Numbered from the stretch's first letter, positions 8,123 through 17,676 are shown. The stretch is DNA of 34,529 nucleotides from Frankiales bacterium (GCA_025464795.1 JAODNB010000303.1:1-34529), one strand, 5' to 3'. A program made the numbers and translations. Notes: generated by a model from the letters alone, not told the origin.

Positions 8123-10810
8123 GTGCCAGCCGGTCAACGCCTCGTCATCGTCGAATCGCCCGCCAAGGCGAAGACCATCGCGGGCTACCTCGGGCCCGGC
8201 TACGTCGTCGAGTCCTCCATCGGCCACATCCGGGACCTGCCGCGCAGCGCGGCCGACGTCCCTGCGGAGTACAAGGGCCTGCCCTGGGCCAAGGACGGCG
8301 TCGACGTCGACAACGGCTTCAAGGCGCTCTACGTCGTCAGCCCCGACAAGAAGGCACAGGTCGCGAAGCTCAGGGCCGCGTTGAAGGAGTCGGACGAGCT
8401 CTACCTCGCGACGGACGAGGACCGCGAGGGCGAGGCCATCGCCTGGCACCTGCTCGAGACCCTGAAGCCGAAGGTCCCGGTGCACCGGATGGTGTTCCAC
8501 GAGATCACGAAGCCGGCCATCCAGGCCGCCGTCGAGAACCCGCGGGAGCTGGACACCAAGCTGGTGGACGCGCAGGAGACCCGACGGATCCTGGACCGCC
8601 TCTACGGCTACCGGGTGTCGGAGGTGCTCTGGAAGAAGGTCATGCCGCGGCTGTCCGCGGGGCGGGTGCAGTCCGTGGCGACCCGCGTCGTCGTCGAGCG
8701 CGAACGCGCTCGCATGCGCTTCACCGAAGCGGGTTACTGGGACATCGAGGGGACGTTCGTCGCGGACGGCCAGACCGAGCGGCTCGTCGCCACCCTGCAG
8801 GTCGTCGACGGCAAGCGGCTCGCGAGCGGTCGCGACTTCGACGCCGACACCGGCACCCTGACGCGGGACGTCCGTCACCTGAGCGAGCCGGAGGCGCGTT
8901 CGCTCGCTGAGGGGCTCGAGTCCGCATCCTTCTCGGTGCGTGCCGTCGACGAGAAGCCCTACACCCGCAAGCCCTACGCCCCGTTCATGACGTCGACCCT
9001 GCAGCAGGAGGCCGGCCGCAAGCTGCGCATGTCCTCGCGCCAGGTCATGCAGACCGCCCAGCGGCTGTACGAGAACGGCTACATCACCTACATGCGCACC
9101 GACAGCACCAACCTGTCGGAGACGGCGATCAACGCCGCGCGTCAGCAGGCACGTGACCTGTACGGCAACGAGTACGTCCCGGACCAGCCGAGGACGTACG
9201 CGAAGAAGGTCAAGAACGCCCAGGAGGCCCACGAGGCCATCCGGCCTTCGGGCGACGTGTTCCGGACACCTGGTCAGGTCGCCGGCGAGCTGCGCGGCGA
9301 CGAGCACCGGCTGTACGAGCTGATCTGGCAGCGCACTGTCGCGTCGCAGATGGCCGACGCCCGCGGGACCACTGCCTCCATCCGCCTCGGCGCTGTCGCT
9401 GCCGATGGCACCGATGCTGAGTTCGTCGCCTCGGGTCGCACCATCACCTTCAAGGGCTTCCTCGCTGCCTACGTGGAGGAGGTCGACGACCAGGCCGAGG
9501 CGGCCGAGCGCGAGGACTCCGAGAAGCGGTTGCCCGCCGTCGCGGTGAACCAGCCGCTGAGGGTCTCGGCGCTCGACCCCGAGGGTCACACCACCTCGCC
9601 CCCCGCCCGCTACACCGAGGCCTCGCTGGTGAAGCAGCTCGAGGAGCTGGGCATCGGCCGCCCGTCCACCTATGCGTCGATCATCTCGACCATCCAGGAC
9701 CGCGGGTACGTCTGGAAGAAGGGCTCTGCCCTGGTCCCGACGTGGCTCGCCTTCGCCGTCATCGGACTGCTCGAGCAGCACTTCGGCCGGCTGGTCGACT
9801 ACACGTTCACCGCGTCCATGGAGGACGACCTCGACCAGATCGCCGACGGCCAGCGCAACAGCGTCGACTGGCTGACGGCGTTCTACTTCGGCTCCGACGA
9901 GGGCAAGGAGGGCGGTCTCGCCAAGCAGGGTGGCCTGAAGAAGTTGACCTCCGAGGGCCTCGGTGACATCGACGCCCGCGCCATCAACTCCATCCCGATC
10001 GGGCTCGATGCCGACGGCACCCCGGTCGTGGTCCGGGTGGGTCGCTACGGACCCTACGTCGAGATCGGCGAGAAGCGGGCGTCGCTCCCCGAGGACCTCG
10101 CTCCCGACGAGCTCACGGTCGCCATGGCGATCGAGATGGCCGACGCGCCGTCCGACGACCGCGTCCTGGGTCAGCACCCGGCCTCAGGCCTGGACGTCAT
10201 CGCGAAGAAGGGCCGCTTCGGGCCGTACATCACCGTCGCCCTTCCCGAGGGCTCACCGGAGAAGCCGGCGACGGCGTCGCTGTTCAAGACGATGGACCTC
10301 ACAACGGTCACCCTCGAGGACGCGCTGCAGCTTCTGACGCTGCCGCGGACCCTCGGTGAGATCGAGGGCGAGCCGGTCACGGCGCAGAACGGTCGCTACG
10401 GGCCGTACATCAGCAAGGGCAAGGAGAGCCGCTCACTGGTGGACGAGGAGTCGCTGTTCACTGTGACGCTCGAGCAGGCGGTGGCGCTGCTGGCGCAGCC
10501 GAAGCTGCGGGGTCGGGCTGCCGCTGCTCCGCCTCTCAAGGAGCTCGGTGTCGACCCGGTCAGCGAGAAGCCGATGGTCGTCAAGGAGGGGCGCTTCGGC
10601 CCCTACGTCACGGACGGCGAGACGAACGCGTCGCTGCGCAAGGACGACTCGATCGAGGAGCTCACCGACGAGCGCGCGTCCGAGCTGCTCGCAGACAGGC
10701 GCGCGCGCGGCCCGGTGAAGAAGAAGGCCGCGCCGCGCAAGACCGCAGCCAAGAAGGCGCCCGCGAAGAAGGCCGTTCCGAAGAAGGCTGCTGCCAAGAA
10801 GAAGGCGTGA
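8123..10810 (+). CDS. topA: DNA topoisomerase I, actinobacterial type
   Basis: LVIVESPAKAKTI, ATDEDREGEAI, GRVQS, ITYMRTDS (catalytic Tyr), AQEAHEAIRP, GIGRPSTYA, four GR[YF]GPY repeats, Lys/Ala-rich tail. Confidence 0.98.
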   Translation: MPAGQRLVIVESPAKAKTIAGYLGPGYVVESSIGHIRDLPRSAADVPAEYKGLPWAKDGVDVDNGFKALYVVSPDKKAQVAKLRAALKESDELYLATDEDREGEAIAWHLLETLKPKVPVHRMVFHEITKPAIQAAVENPRELDTKLVDAQETRRILDRLYGYRVSEVLWKKVMPRLSAGRVQSVATRVVVERERARMRFTEAGYWDIEGTFVADGQTERLVATLQVVDGKRLASGRDFDADTGTLTRDVRHLSEPEARSLAEGLESASFSVRAVDEKPYTRKPYAPFMTSTLQQEAGRKLRMSSRQVMQTAQRLYENGYITYMRTDSTNLSETAINAARQQARDLYGNEYVPDQPRTYAKKVKNAQEAHEAIRPSGDVFRTPGQVAGELRGDEHRLYELIWQRTVASQMADARGTTASIRLGAVAADGTDAEFVASGRTITFKGFLAAYVEEVDDQAEAAEREDSEKRLPAVAVNQPLRVSALDPEGHTTSPPARYTEASLVKQLEELGIGRPSTYASIISTIQDRGYVWKKGSALVPTWLAFAVIGLLEQHFGRLVDYTFTASMEDDLDQIADGQRNSVDWLTAFYFGSDEGKEGGLAKQGGLKKLTSEGLGDIDARAINSIPIGLDADGTPVVVRVGRYGPYVEIGEKRASLPEDLAPDELTVAMAIEMADAPSDDRVLGQHPASGLDVIAKKGRFGPYITVALPEGSPEKPATASLFKTMDLTTVTLEDALQLLTLPRTLGEIEGEPVTAQNGRYGPYISKGKESRSLVDEESLFTVTLEQAVALLAQPKLRGRAAAAPPLKELGVDPVSEKPMVVKEGRFGPYVTDGETNASLRKDDSIEELTDERASELLADRRARGPVKKKAAPRKTAAKKAPAKKAVPKKAAAKKKA

Positions 10811-10831
10811 CCACCGCCGTAGGCTGACCGC

Positions 10832-12790
10832 ATGGAGTCGGGGCACCACTGGCCGGGGGCGTTGGCCCACCGCGGCTTCCGGCGGCTGTCCCTCGCCCTG
10901 CTGCTGTCGAGCTTCGGTGACTGGCTCGGGTTCCTCGCCACCACGGCACTGGCGGCGCAGCTCGTCGACGGCTTCGAGGGGCAGAGCTTCGCCATCGGCG
11001 CGGTGCTCGCCTTCCGGCTGCTGCCAGGTGTCGTCCTCGCCCCCTTGGTCGGAGTCGTCGCGGACCGGTTCGACCGGCGAGTGACGATGGTGGTCTGCGA
11101 CCTCCTGCGCTTCGGCTTGTTCCTGTCGATGCCTCTGGTCGGCACGCTGACCTGGCTGCTGGTCGCCTCCGCTCTCGTCGAGGTGCTCTCGCTGATCTGG
11201 ATCCCGGCCAAGGAGGCGTCCGTCCCGCACCTGGCCAAGGAGCAGCTCGAGTCGGCGAACCAGATCTCGCTGTTCGCGACCTACGGGACCGCGCCCCTCG
11301 CGGCTGTCGTGTTCGGGGTGCTCGGGGTCCTGAAGGTCCGCACCCACGAGTCCGCAGCCAACATCGGGCTGTTCGTCGACGCGGGAACGTTCCTTTTCGC
11401 TGCGGTCCAGGTCGCCCGGATCCGCGAGATCCCCTCGCACAGCGAGTCCGTCTCGGCGGGGGCGACACCGTCTGTGGTGCAGAGCGTCCGGGAGGGCCTG
11501 CGCTTCGCCCGCAGCAGTCGCCTCGTACGCGGCCTGCTGGTCGGCATGCTGGGCGCGCTGGCCGCGACCGGTGTCGTCGTGGGCAACGGCAAGACCTTCA
11601 GCGACACCGTCCTCAACGGCGGGGAAGGGGCCTTCGCGCTGCTCTTCGGGTCGGTCTTCGTGGGCATCGCTCTCGGCGTCGCCCTCGGACCCCGACTGGT
11701 GCGCGACGTGTCCCGCCGCCGGGTCCTGGGGCCGGCGATCGTCGGCGCCGGGCTCTCGCTGGTGTTCATGTCCGCCGTCCCCGTACTGGCCCTGGTCGTG
11801 GTCGCGACGCTGCTGCTCGGTTCCTGTGCCGGGCTGGCCTACGTCACCGGGCTGACGCTGCTCGGAGCTGAGGTCGAGGACGCTCTGCGAGGGCGGACCT
11901 TCGGCTTGGTCAACACGCTGATGCGGTTGGCGCTGCTGCTGTCCCTGACGGTGGCGCCCGGGCTCGCAGGGCTCGTCGGCATCCACCGCTGGGGCCGCTT
12001 CGACGTCAACGGCGCCTCGGTGACCTTGCTGCTCGGAGGCCTGCTCGCCGTCTTCGTCGGTGGACTGTCCTACCGCACCATGAACGACCGGCCTGGGATC
12101 CCGCTGCGGTCAGACCTCGTCCGCGTACTGCTTCGCCGACGCGTCCGCGGGCCGCTGCACCCTGGCCTCTTCGTGGTCTTCGAGGGGGGCGAGGGTGCGG
12201 GGAAGTCGACGCAGGTCTCGCGGCTTGCCCACCTGCTCGAGAGCACGGGGCTCGAGGTCGTCGTCACCCGCGAGCCCGGCGCGACGGAGGTGGGCGCGAA
12301 GATCCGGACGATGCTGCTCGACCCGGCGACGACCCTGTCGGTTCGGACCGAGGCGCTGCTCTACGCTGCCGACCGCGCCCAGCACGTCGCGACCGTCGTG
12401 CGACCAGCTCTCGAGCGCGGGGCAGTGGTCATCAGCGACCGCTACGTCGACAGCTCGCTCGCCTACCAGGGCGCGGGCCGCGCTCTCTCGCTCGATGAGG
12501 TCGCGCAGCTCTCCCGCTGGGCGACCGAGGGGCTGCGTCCCGACGTGACCCTGCTGCTCGACATCGACCCCGAGGTCGGACTGGCCCGCGCGACGGGCTC
12601 ACCGGACCGGATCGAGCAGGAGTCCCTCGCGTTCCACCGCGCCGTCCGCCAGGGGTTCTTGGACCTCGCCTCTGCTGAGCCGACGCGCTACCTCGTCGTC
12701 AGTGCGGTGCAGACTCCCGACGAGGTCCATGCGGCGATCGCGGCGCGGGTGCTGCCCCTCGCCCCTGCGCAACGCTTGGAGCGAGTGTGA
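10832..12790 (+). CDS. tmk: MFS transporter-thymidylate kinase fusion
   Basis: About 430 aa multi-TM MFS domain (GVVADRFDRR motif A) followed in frame by TMK: EGGEGAGKSTQ, TREPG, DRAQH, DRYVDSSLAYQG. Confidence 0.92.
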   Translation: MESGHHWPGALAHRGFRRLSLALLLSSFGDWLGFLATTALAAQLVDGFEGQSFAIGAVLAFRLLPGVVLAPLVGVVADRFDRRVTMVVCDLLRFGLFLSMPLVGTLTWLLVASALVEVLSLIWIPAKEASVPHLAKEQLESANQISLFATYGTAPLAAVVFGVLGVLKVRTHESAANIGLFVDAGTFLFAAVQVARIREIPSHSESVSAGATPSVVQSVREGLRFARSSRLVRGLLVGMLGALAATGVVVGNGKTFSDTVLNGGEGAFALLFGSVFVGIALGVALGPRLVRDVSRRRVLGPAIVGAGLSLVFMSAVPVLALVVVATLLLGSCAGLAYVTGLTLLGAEVEDALRGRTFGLVNTLMRLALLLSLTVAPGLAGLVGIHRWGRFDVNGASVTLLLGGLLAVFVGGLSYRTMNDRPGIPLRSDLVRVLLRRRVRGPLHPGLFVVFEGGEGAGKSTQVSRLAHLLESTGLEVVVTREPGATEVGAKIRTMLLDPATTLSVRTEALLYAADRAQHVATVVRPALERGAVVISDRYVDSSLAYQGAGRALSLDEVAQLSRWATEGLRPDVTLLLDIDPEVGLARATGSPDRIEQESLAFHRAVRQGFLDLASAEPTRYLVVSAVQTPDEVHAAIAARVLPLAPAQRLERV

Positions 12791-13962
12791 GCGTGTTCAG
12801 CGACCTGGTCGGTCAGGAGGCCGTGGTCGAGCAGCTCACCGCTGCCGCAGCGGCAGCCGCTGAGGCCCTGGCTGGAGGGGACGGTGCGGGCATGACGCAC
12901 GCGTGGCTGTTCACCGGACCTCCCGGCTCCGGACGGTCCAACGCCGCACGGGCCTTCGCCGCCGCCCTGCAGTGCCCGGAGGGGGGCTGCGGGCACTGCG
13001 AGACCTGCCACCAGGCGCTCGGAGGGACCCACCCGGACGTTGCGGTGATCGTGCCCGAGGGCTTGCACCTGCTCATCGACCAGGCCCGCGAGATCATCCA
13101 GCGCAGCTCCCGCGCGCCGACGCGGGGCCGTTGGCAGGTCACCCTGATCGAGGACGCGGACCGCATGGAGGAGCGCACCTCCAACACGCTGCTGAAGGCC
13201 GTGGAGGAGCCGCCACCTCACAGCGTCCTGCTGCTCTGCGCGCCGTCCGTCGACGACCTGCTGCCGACGATCCGGTCCCGCTGTCGCCTGGTCCCTCTCC
13301 GATCCCCCTCCGCCGCCGCGGTCGCACAGGTGCTGGTCGAGCGCGACGGCGTCGACCCCGCGATGGCCGCCTTCGCCGCGCGGGCGTCCCAAGGCCACAT
13401 CGGCCGCGCGCGTCGCCTCGCGACCGATGAGGAGACCCGTCGAGAGCGACGGGACGTGCTGGCCCTGCCCCGATCGCTCGGCAACGTCGGCCAGGCCCTG
13501 AACGCCGCCAAGGACCTGTTCGACGCCGCGAAGGACGAGGCCGACAAGCTGGCCGCATCGCGGGACGACGTCGAGCGCGAGGCGCTGTCCACTGCCCTCG
13601 GCGGAGGCGCCACCGGCAAGGGCTACGCCGGGAGTGCGCCGAAGGGGGGCGCCGGGGCGCTGAAGGAGCTGGAGAAGCGGCAGCGGTCGCGGGGCACCAG
13701 GACGCAGCGCGATGCCCTCGACCGGGCGCTGATCGACCTGGCCGCCTTCTACCGCGACGTGCTGACCGTGCAGCTGGGCACGAACGCGGTGCCGGTCCAC
13801 GGCGACCTCGCCGATCAGGCAGCGGTCATCGCCGGCAACTCGACCCCCGAGTCCACGCTGCACCGCATCGACGCGATCCTGGCCTGCCGGACCGCAGTCG
13901 AGGGCAACGTCGCCCCGCAGCTCGCGGTCGAGGCCATGGCCCTCGCCCTGCGCACCGGCTGA
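12787..13962 (+). CDS. holB: DNA polymerase III subunit delta'
   Basis: HAWLFTGPPGSGRS, four-Cys Zn module, HPDV, NTLLKAVEEPP, TIRSRC; GTGA overlap with tmk. Confidence 0.95.
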   Translation: MSVFSDLVGQEAVVEQLTAAAAAAAEALAGGDGAGMTHAWLFTGPPGSGRSNAARAFAAALQCPEGGCGHCETCHQALGGTHPDVAVIVPEGLHLLIDQAREIIQRSSRAPTRGRWQVTLIEDADRMEERTSNTLLKAVEEPPPHSVLLLCAPSVDDLLPTIRSRCRLVPLRSPSAAAVAQVLVERDGVDPAMAAFAARASQGHIGRARRLATDEETRRERRDVLALPRSLGNVGQALNAAKDLFDAAKDEADKLAASRDDVEREALSTALGGGATGKGYAGSAPKGGAGALKELEKRQRSRGTRTQRDALDRALIDLAAFYRDVLTVQLGTNAVPVHGDLADQAAVIAGNSTPESTLHRIDAILACRTAVEGNVAPQLAVEAMALALRTG

Positions 13963-14002
13963 CGTCCCGCAGCGGGGTGCCTTAGACTTTCCCGCGTAGT
14001 AC

Positions 14003-14078
14003 GCCGCCTTAGCTCAGTCGGCAGAGCACCTCACTCGTAATGAGGTTGTCCGGAGTTCGATTCTCCGAGGCGGCTCCA
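14003..14078 (+). tRNA. tRNA-Thr (anticodon CGT)
   Basis: Acceptor GCCGCCT/AGGCGGC, D-arm AGCTCAGTCGGCAGAGC, anticodon arm CCTCA-CTCGTAA-TGAGG, T-loop GTTCGATTC, encoded CCA; TAGACT -10 at 13983-13988. Confidence 0.97.
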
Positions 14079-14083
14079 CCGCT

Positions 14084-14109
14084 CCGCCCCAGCCCACCGG
14101 CTGGGGCGG
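14084..14109 (+). terminator. Hairpin downstream of tRNA-Thr
   Basis: Perfect 11-bp stem CCGCCCCAGCC-CACC-GGCTGGGGCGG, no U-tract. Confidence 0.6.
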
Positions 14110-14138
14110 CTGCGCTTGATGACCAGGAGGACCCACGG

Positions 14139-15734
14139 ATGAGCGCTCGCGCTGGCACTCTTGCTGTCACGGAAGCCGCGCGCCGTCGCACCTTCGCGGT
14201 CATCAGCCACCCCGACGCCGGCAAGTCGACCCTGACCGAGGCCCTGGCGCTGCACGCCCGGGTGATCAACGAAGCGGGTCACATCCATGGCAAGGCGGGA
14301 CGCAAGAGCACCGTCTCCGACTGGATGGACATCGAGAAGGCCCGTGGCATCTCGATCTCCAGCGCGGCCCTGCAGTTCGAGTACGAGGGATCGGTCATCA
14401 ACCTCGTCGACACCCCAGGTCACGCGGACTTCTCCGAGGACACCTACCGGGTGCTCGCGGCCGTCGACAGCGCCGTGATGCTCGTCGACGCTGCCAAGGG
14501 GATGGAGCCGCAGACGCTCAAGCTGTTCGAGGTCTGCCGGCACCGCCGCATCCCGGTCCTCACCGTCATCAACAAGTGGGACCGACCCGGACACGAGGCG
14601 CTCCAGCTCATGGACGAGGTCTTCCTCAAGACCGGCCTGAAGCCGACGCCCTTGACCTGGCCAGTCGGCATCGCGGGTGACTTCCGCGGCGTCCTCGACC
14701 GGCGGAACGGCACGATGATCCAGTTCACCCGTACCGCCGGCGGGGCAACGCTGGCAGCTCAGGCCGTGCTGTCGGCGGACGAGGCCCTTGCTGCCCACGG
14801 CGACGCCTGGACGACGGCCGTCGAGGAGTCGGAGCTGCTGTCGGCGGACGAGGCCGACCTCGACGTCGAGGCCTACCTCGACCACCGCGCGACCCCGGTG
14901 CTGTTCGGCTCGGCCGTCCTCAACTTCGGCGTCTCGCAGCTCCTCGACACCCTGCTCGAGCTGGCCCCCGCGCCCGGTCCTCGTCCGGACGTGGCGGGCG
15001 AGCCGCGGGAGGTCGACGCCCCGTTCAGCGGCTTCGTCTTCAAGATCCAGGCAGGGATGGACTCGGCGCACCGGGACCGGCTCGCCTACATCCGGGTGTG
15101 CTCCGGCGTCTTCGAGCGCGGCTCCGTCGTGACCCACGCCGCGTCCAAGAAGCCGTTCGCGACCAAGTACGCGCAGCAGGTCTTCGGGCAGAGCCGCGAG
15201 ACGGTCGACCTGGCGTACCCCGGCGATGTCGTCGGCCTGGTGAACGCCTCGATGCTCCGCGTCGGCGACTCGCTCTACGTCGACTCGGCGGTGACCTTCC
15301 CGCCGATCCCGTCCTTCGCCCCGGAGCACTTCGCCGTCGCGCGGGCGAACGACTCGGGACGCTACAAGCAGTTCCGTCGCGGCATCGAGCAGCTCGAGCA
15401 GGAGGGGGTCGTGCAGGTCCTGCGCAGTGATCGTCGTGGCGACCAGGCACCCGTCCTCGCCGCCGTCGGCCCTATGCAGTTCGAGGTGGCGACCCACCGG
15501 ATGAAGGGGGAGATGGGGGCTGAGGTCACCCTCGACCGGCTGCCGTACTCCGTCGCGCGACGCACCACCCGCGACTGGGTGACTCAGCTGGACTCTCAGT
15601 CCGGAGTGGAGTGCTTCCTGCGCGGCGACGGCGAGTGGCTGGCCCTTTTTGCCGACCAGTGGCGCCTGGGCCGTACGCAGCGGGACCTCCCCGAGGCCGT
15701 CCTCGAGCCCCTCGTCGCCGCCACCGACGCCTGA
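14139..15734 (+). CDS. prfC: Peptide chain release factor 3
   Basis: RRRTFAVISHPDAGKSTLTE, SDWMDIEKARGISI, DTPGHADFSEDTYR, NKWDR, FKIQAGMDSAHRDR, VGPMQFEV; AGGAGG RBS at 14125-14130. The ORF-track start (14040) lies inside the tRNA. Confidence 0.95.
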   Translation: MSARAGTLAVTEAARRRTFAVISHPDAGKSTLTEALALHARVINEAGHIHGKAGRKSTVSDWMDIEKARGISISSAALQFEYEGSVINLVDTPGHADFSEDTYRVLAAVDSAVMLVDAAKGMEPQTLKLFEVCRHRRIPVLTVINKWDRPGHEALQLMDEVFLKTGLKPTPLTWPVGIAGDFRGVLDRRNGTMIQFTRTAGGATLAAQAVLSADEALAAHGDAWTTAVEESELLSADEADLDVEAYLDHRATPVLFGSAVLNFGVSQLLDTLLELAPAPGPRPDVAGEPREVDAPFSGFVFKIQAGMDSAHRDRLAYIRVCSGVFERGSVVTHAASKKPFATKYAQQVFGQSRETVDLAYPGDVVGLVNASMLRVGDSLYVDSAVTFPPIPSFAPEHFAVARANDSGRYKQFRRGIEQLEQEGVVQVLRSDRRGDQAPVLAAVGPMQFEVATHRMKGEMGAEVTLDRLPYSVARRTTRDWVTQLDSQSGVECFLRGDGEWLALFADQWRLGRTQRDLPEAVLEPLVAATDA

Positions 15735-15783
15735 CCCCCTCGCCCCTCCCGCCACTTCAGGGAAGTGCAAGGTCTGGGGGGGA

Positions 15784-16164
15784 TCAGCGGAGGCGGCGAC
15801 GGACGTTCTTGGCGGACAGCCACGAGACATAACCAGCACCCGCCCCGGCGGCGGCACCCGCGACCAGCAGCGCGACGGACAGGACCGGCTTCGCCCCGCT
15901 GACCGCTCCTCGCAGCGGAGCAGCACCACGGGGGGACGACGAGTTCTCGAGCAGGGACTCGAGCAGGCCCTCAGGCGGTGCCGAAGGAGCCCCCGCGAGG
16001 GTGGACAGCCCGACGTGCAGCTCCCGCTGGATCGAGAACTCCGCCTGGCAGGCCGCGCAGCGACGAAGGTGCAGGGCCACCAGCTTGCGCCGCAGCCGCG
16101 GCAGGGAGAGGTCCACGTACGCAGGCAGCTGCGCCTGGACCTCCTGGCAGACCCGCTCGCTCAT
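15784..16164 (-). CDS. Zinc-binding anti-sigma factor (zf-HC2/ZAS) with C-terminal hydrophobic segment
   Basis: C..(x25)..HLRRCAAC motif; ATGA overlap with the upstream ECF sigma gene. Confidence 0.8.
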   Translation of the reverse strand: MSERVCQEVQAQLPAYVDLSLPRLRRKLVALHLRRCAACQAEFSIQRELHVGLSTLAGAPSAPPEGLLESLLENSSSPRGAAPLRGAVSGAKPVLSVALLVAGAAAGAGAGYVSWLSAKNVRRRLR

Positions 16165-16709
16165 ACGACCAGCTCCCTCAGCCTCGTGTGCGCCCGGTGC
16201 AGCCGGACCTTCACGGCTCCTTCGCTGATGCCGAGCAGCTCAGCGGTCTCCTTCGTGGACAAGCCCTGGACATCTCTGAGGACGACGACCTCACGGGCGT
16301 CCTCCGGCAGGTCAGCCAACGCCTTTGCGGTACGGCGTGCAAGGTCGGCCGTGGTGACGCGCTCCTCCGGTGAGGCGTCGTTGGACGCGAGGTCGTCGAA
16401 GACGGCGTCCACCGTGCCGGCGCTCTGACCGCGGGCGCGCACGTCGCCTCGCTTGCGCAGGGACGTCATGCAGACGTTGACGGTGACCCGGTGCAGCCAG
16501 GTACCGAAGGCCGCCTCGCCCCGGAACCCCAGGACCGAGCGGACGACCCGCACGTAGACCTCTTGCGTGGCGTCCGCCGCATCGGACGGATCCCCCAGCA
16601 GGCGTCGGCAGAGGGCGTAGACGTGCGCGTAGGTGCCGCGGATGAGGTCATCCATCGCGCCCTTCTCCCCGCGCTGCACGGCGCGTACGAGAGCAGGATC
16701 GACCTCCAC
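16161..16709 (-). CDS. ECF-family RNA polymerase sigma factor
   Basis: Region 2 DAADATQEVY...FGTWLHRVTVN; region 4 LPEDAREVVVLRDVQGLSTKETAELLGISEGAVKVRLHRA. Confidence 0.93.
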   Translation of the reverse strand: MEVDPALVRAVQRGEKGAMDDLIRGTYAHVYALCRRLLGDPSDAADATQEVYVRVVRSVLGFRGEAAFGTWLHRVTVNVCMTSLRKRGDVRARGQSAGTVDAVFDDLASNDASPEERVTTADLARRTAKALADLPEDAREVVVLRDVQGLSTKETAELLGISEGAVKVRLHRAHTRLRELVV

Positions 16710-16813
16710 AGCGAAACGTTCTCAGAGATCCTTGTAACCAAGGGGGATCCGCGCGGTCCAACGTACTGAGCGAGGCAGATCGCCCCGCCAGCCTCATCAC
16801 AGGAGTGGTGAAC

Positions 16814-17143
16814 ATGTACGCCTTCGTCGTCTTCCTCGGCCTCGCCCTCGGCCTCACTGTCGTCATGCAGGTCATCGACGAGCTGCTGCCCATCAAGGCC
16901 CCCGCGGCTTTGTCCCGCACCATCGCCGTTGCCCTCGCCTGCGGCTTCGCGTGGGCCCTCGACTACTCGGTCTTCACCGCCTTCGGCCAGGACTTCCGCG
17001 AGAGCTGGATGCATCCGGTCATGACCGGTCTGGCCCTCGTCGGCGGCGGCGAGTTCGTCCGCTCGCTCGTCCTCGCGATCAGCCACCGCAGCGGGGACGC
17101 CCCCGTCGAGGTCTCCCCGAGCCACGTGATGCGCGCCGCCTAG
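16814..17143 (+). CDS. Small hypothetical membrane protein (about 3 TM)
   Basis: AGGAG RBS at 16801-16805, ATG 16814, strong GC3 bias, three hydrophobic segments, followed by a hairpin. Confidence 0.75.
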   Translation: MYAFVVFLGLALGLTVVMQVIDELLPIKAPAALSRTIAVALACGFAWALDYSVFTAFGQDFRESWMHPVMTGLALVGGGEFVRSLVLAISHRSGDAPVEVSPSHVMRAA

Positions 17144-17155
17144 CCCTCTCGACCC

Positions 17156-17189
17156 GGAGGCCCGTCCTGCACCTGCAGGGCGGGCCTTC
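17156..17189 (+). terminator. GC hairpin between membrane-protein and VOC genes
   Basis: GGAGGCCCGTCCTGCA-CC-TGCAGGGCGGGCCTTC inverted repeat. Confidence 0.7.
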
Positions 17190-17202
17190 GTATGTTGGTG
17201 GC

Positions 17203-17673
17203 ATGGACGCCGCGCAGCGCAAGGACCTGGCCGACGAGCACCTGCGTCCGGACCGCCCGCCGAGCGCCGCCCGGGGGGTGCACCACCTCGCGCTGATCTC
17301 GAGCGACGTCGAGCAGACCGTGCGCTTCTACCAGGACGTGCTCGGCTTCCCGCTGACCCACGTGATGGAGAACCGCGACTACGCGGGTTCCACGCACTTC
17401 TTCTTCGACCTCGGCCACGGGAACGGACTGGCCTTCTTCGACCTCCCCGGCCTGGACCTCGGTCCGTACAAGGAGGTCCTCGGCGGACTGCACCACCTCG
17501 CGATCAGCGTGACCCGCGAGGAGTGGGAGGGCGCGCGGGCGCGTCTGAAGGACGCCGGCATCGAGGTGGTGGAGGAGAGCGGGACGTCGCTGTACTTCCG
17601 GGACCCGGACGGCGCACGCCTCGAGCTGCTCGCCGAGCCCCTCGGGACGATGTACGGCGAGCGGGTGGTCTGA
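17203..17673 (+). CDS. VOC / glyoxalase-family protein
   Basis: GVHHLALISSDVEQTVRFYQDVLG, GGLHHLAI, SLYFRDPDGARLEL; TATGTT 6 nt before ATG (leaderless). Confidence 0.88.
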   Translation: MDAAQRKDLADEHLRPDRPPSAARGVHHLALISSDVEQTVRFYQDVLGFPLTHVMENRDYAGSTHFFFDLGHGNGLAFFDLPGLDLGPYKEVLGGLHHLAISVTREEWEGARARLKDAGIEVVEESGTSLYFRDPDGARLELLAEPLGTMYGERVV

Positions 17674-17676
17674 CCG

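Noticed and set aside
14040-14138. ORF-track N-terminal extension of RF3
   Set aside because: It overlaps the tRNA, and a strong RBS supports ATG 14139.
15735-15783. Imperfect hairpin between convergent prfC and anti-sigma genes
   Set aside because: Pairing is weak (short CACTTC/GAAGTG core), not enough to call a terminator or repeat.
5017-17189. Similar G(A/G)GGCCCG...CGGGCC hairpins as a REP/MITE family or CRISPR repeats
   Set aside because: Only generic similarity, dispersed, each directly after a stop codon; ordinary terminators explain them.
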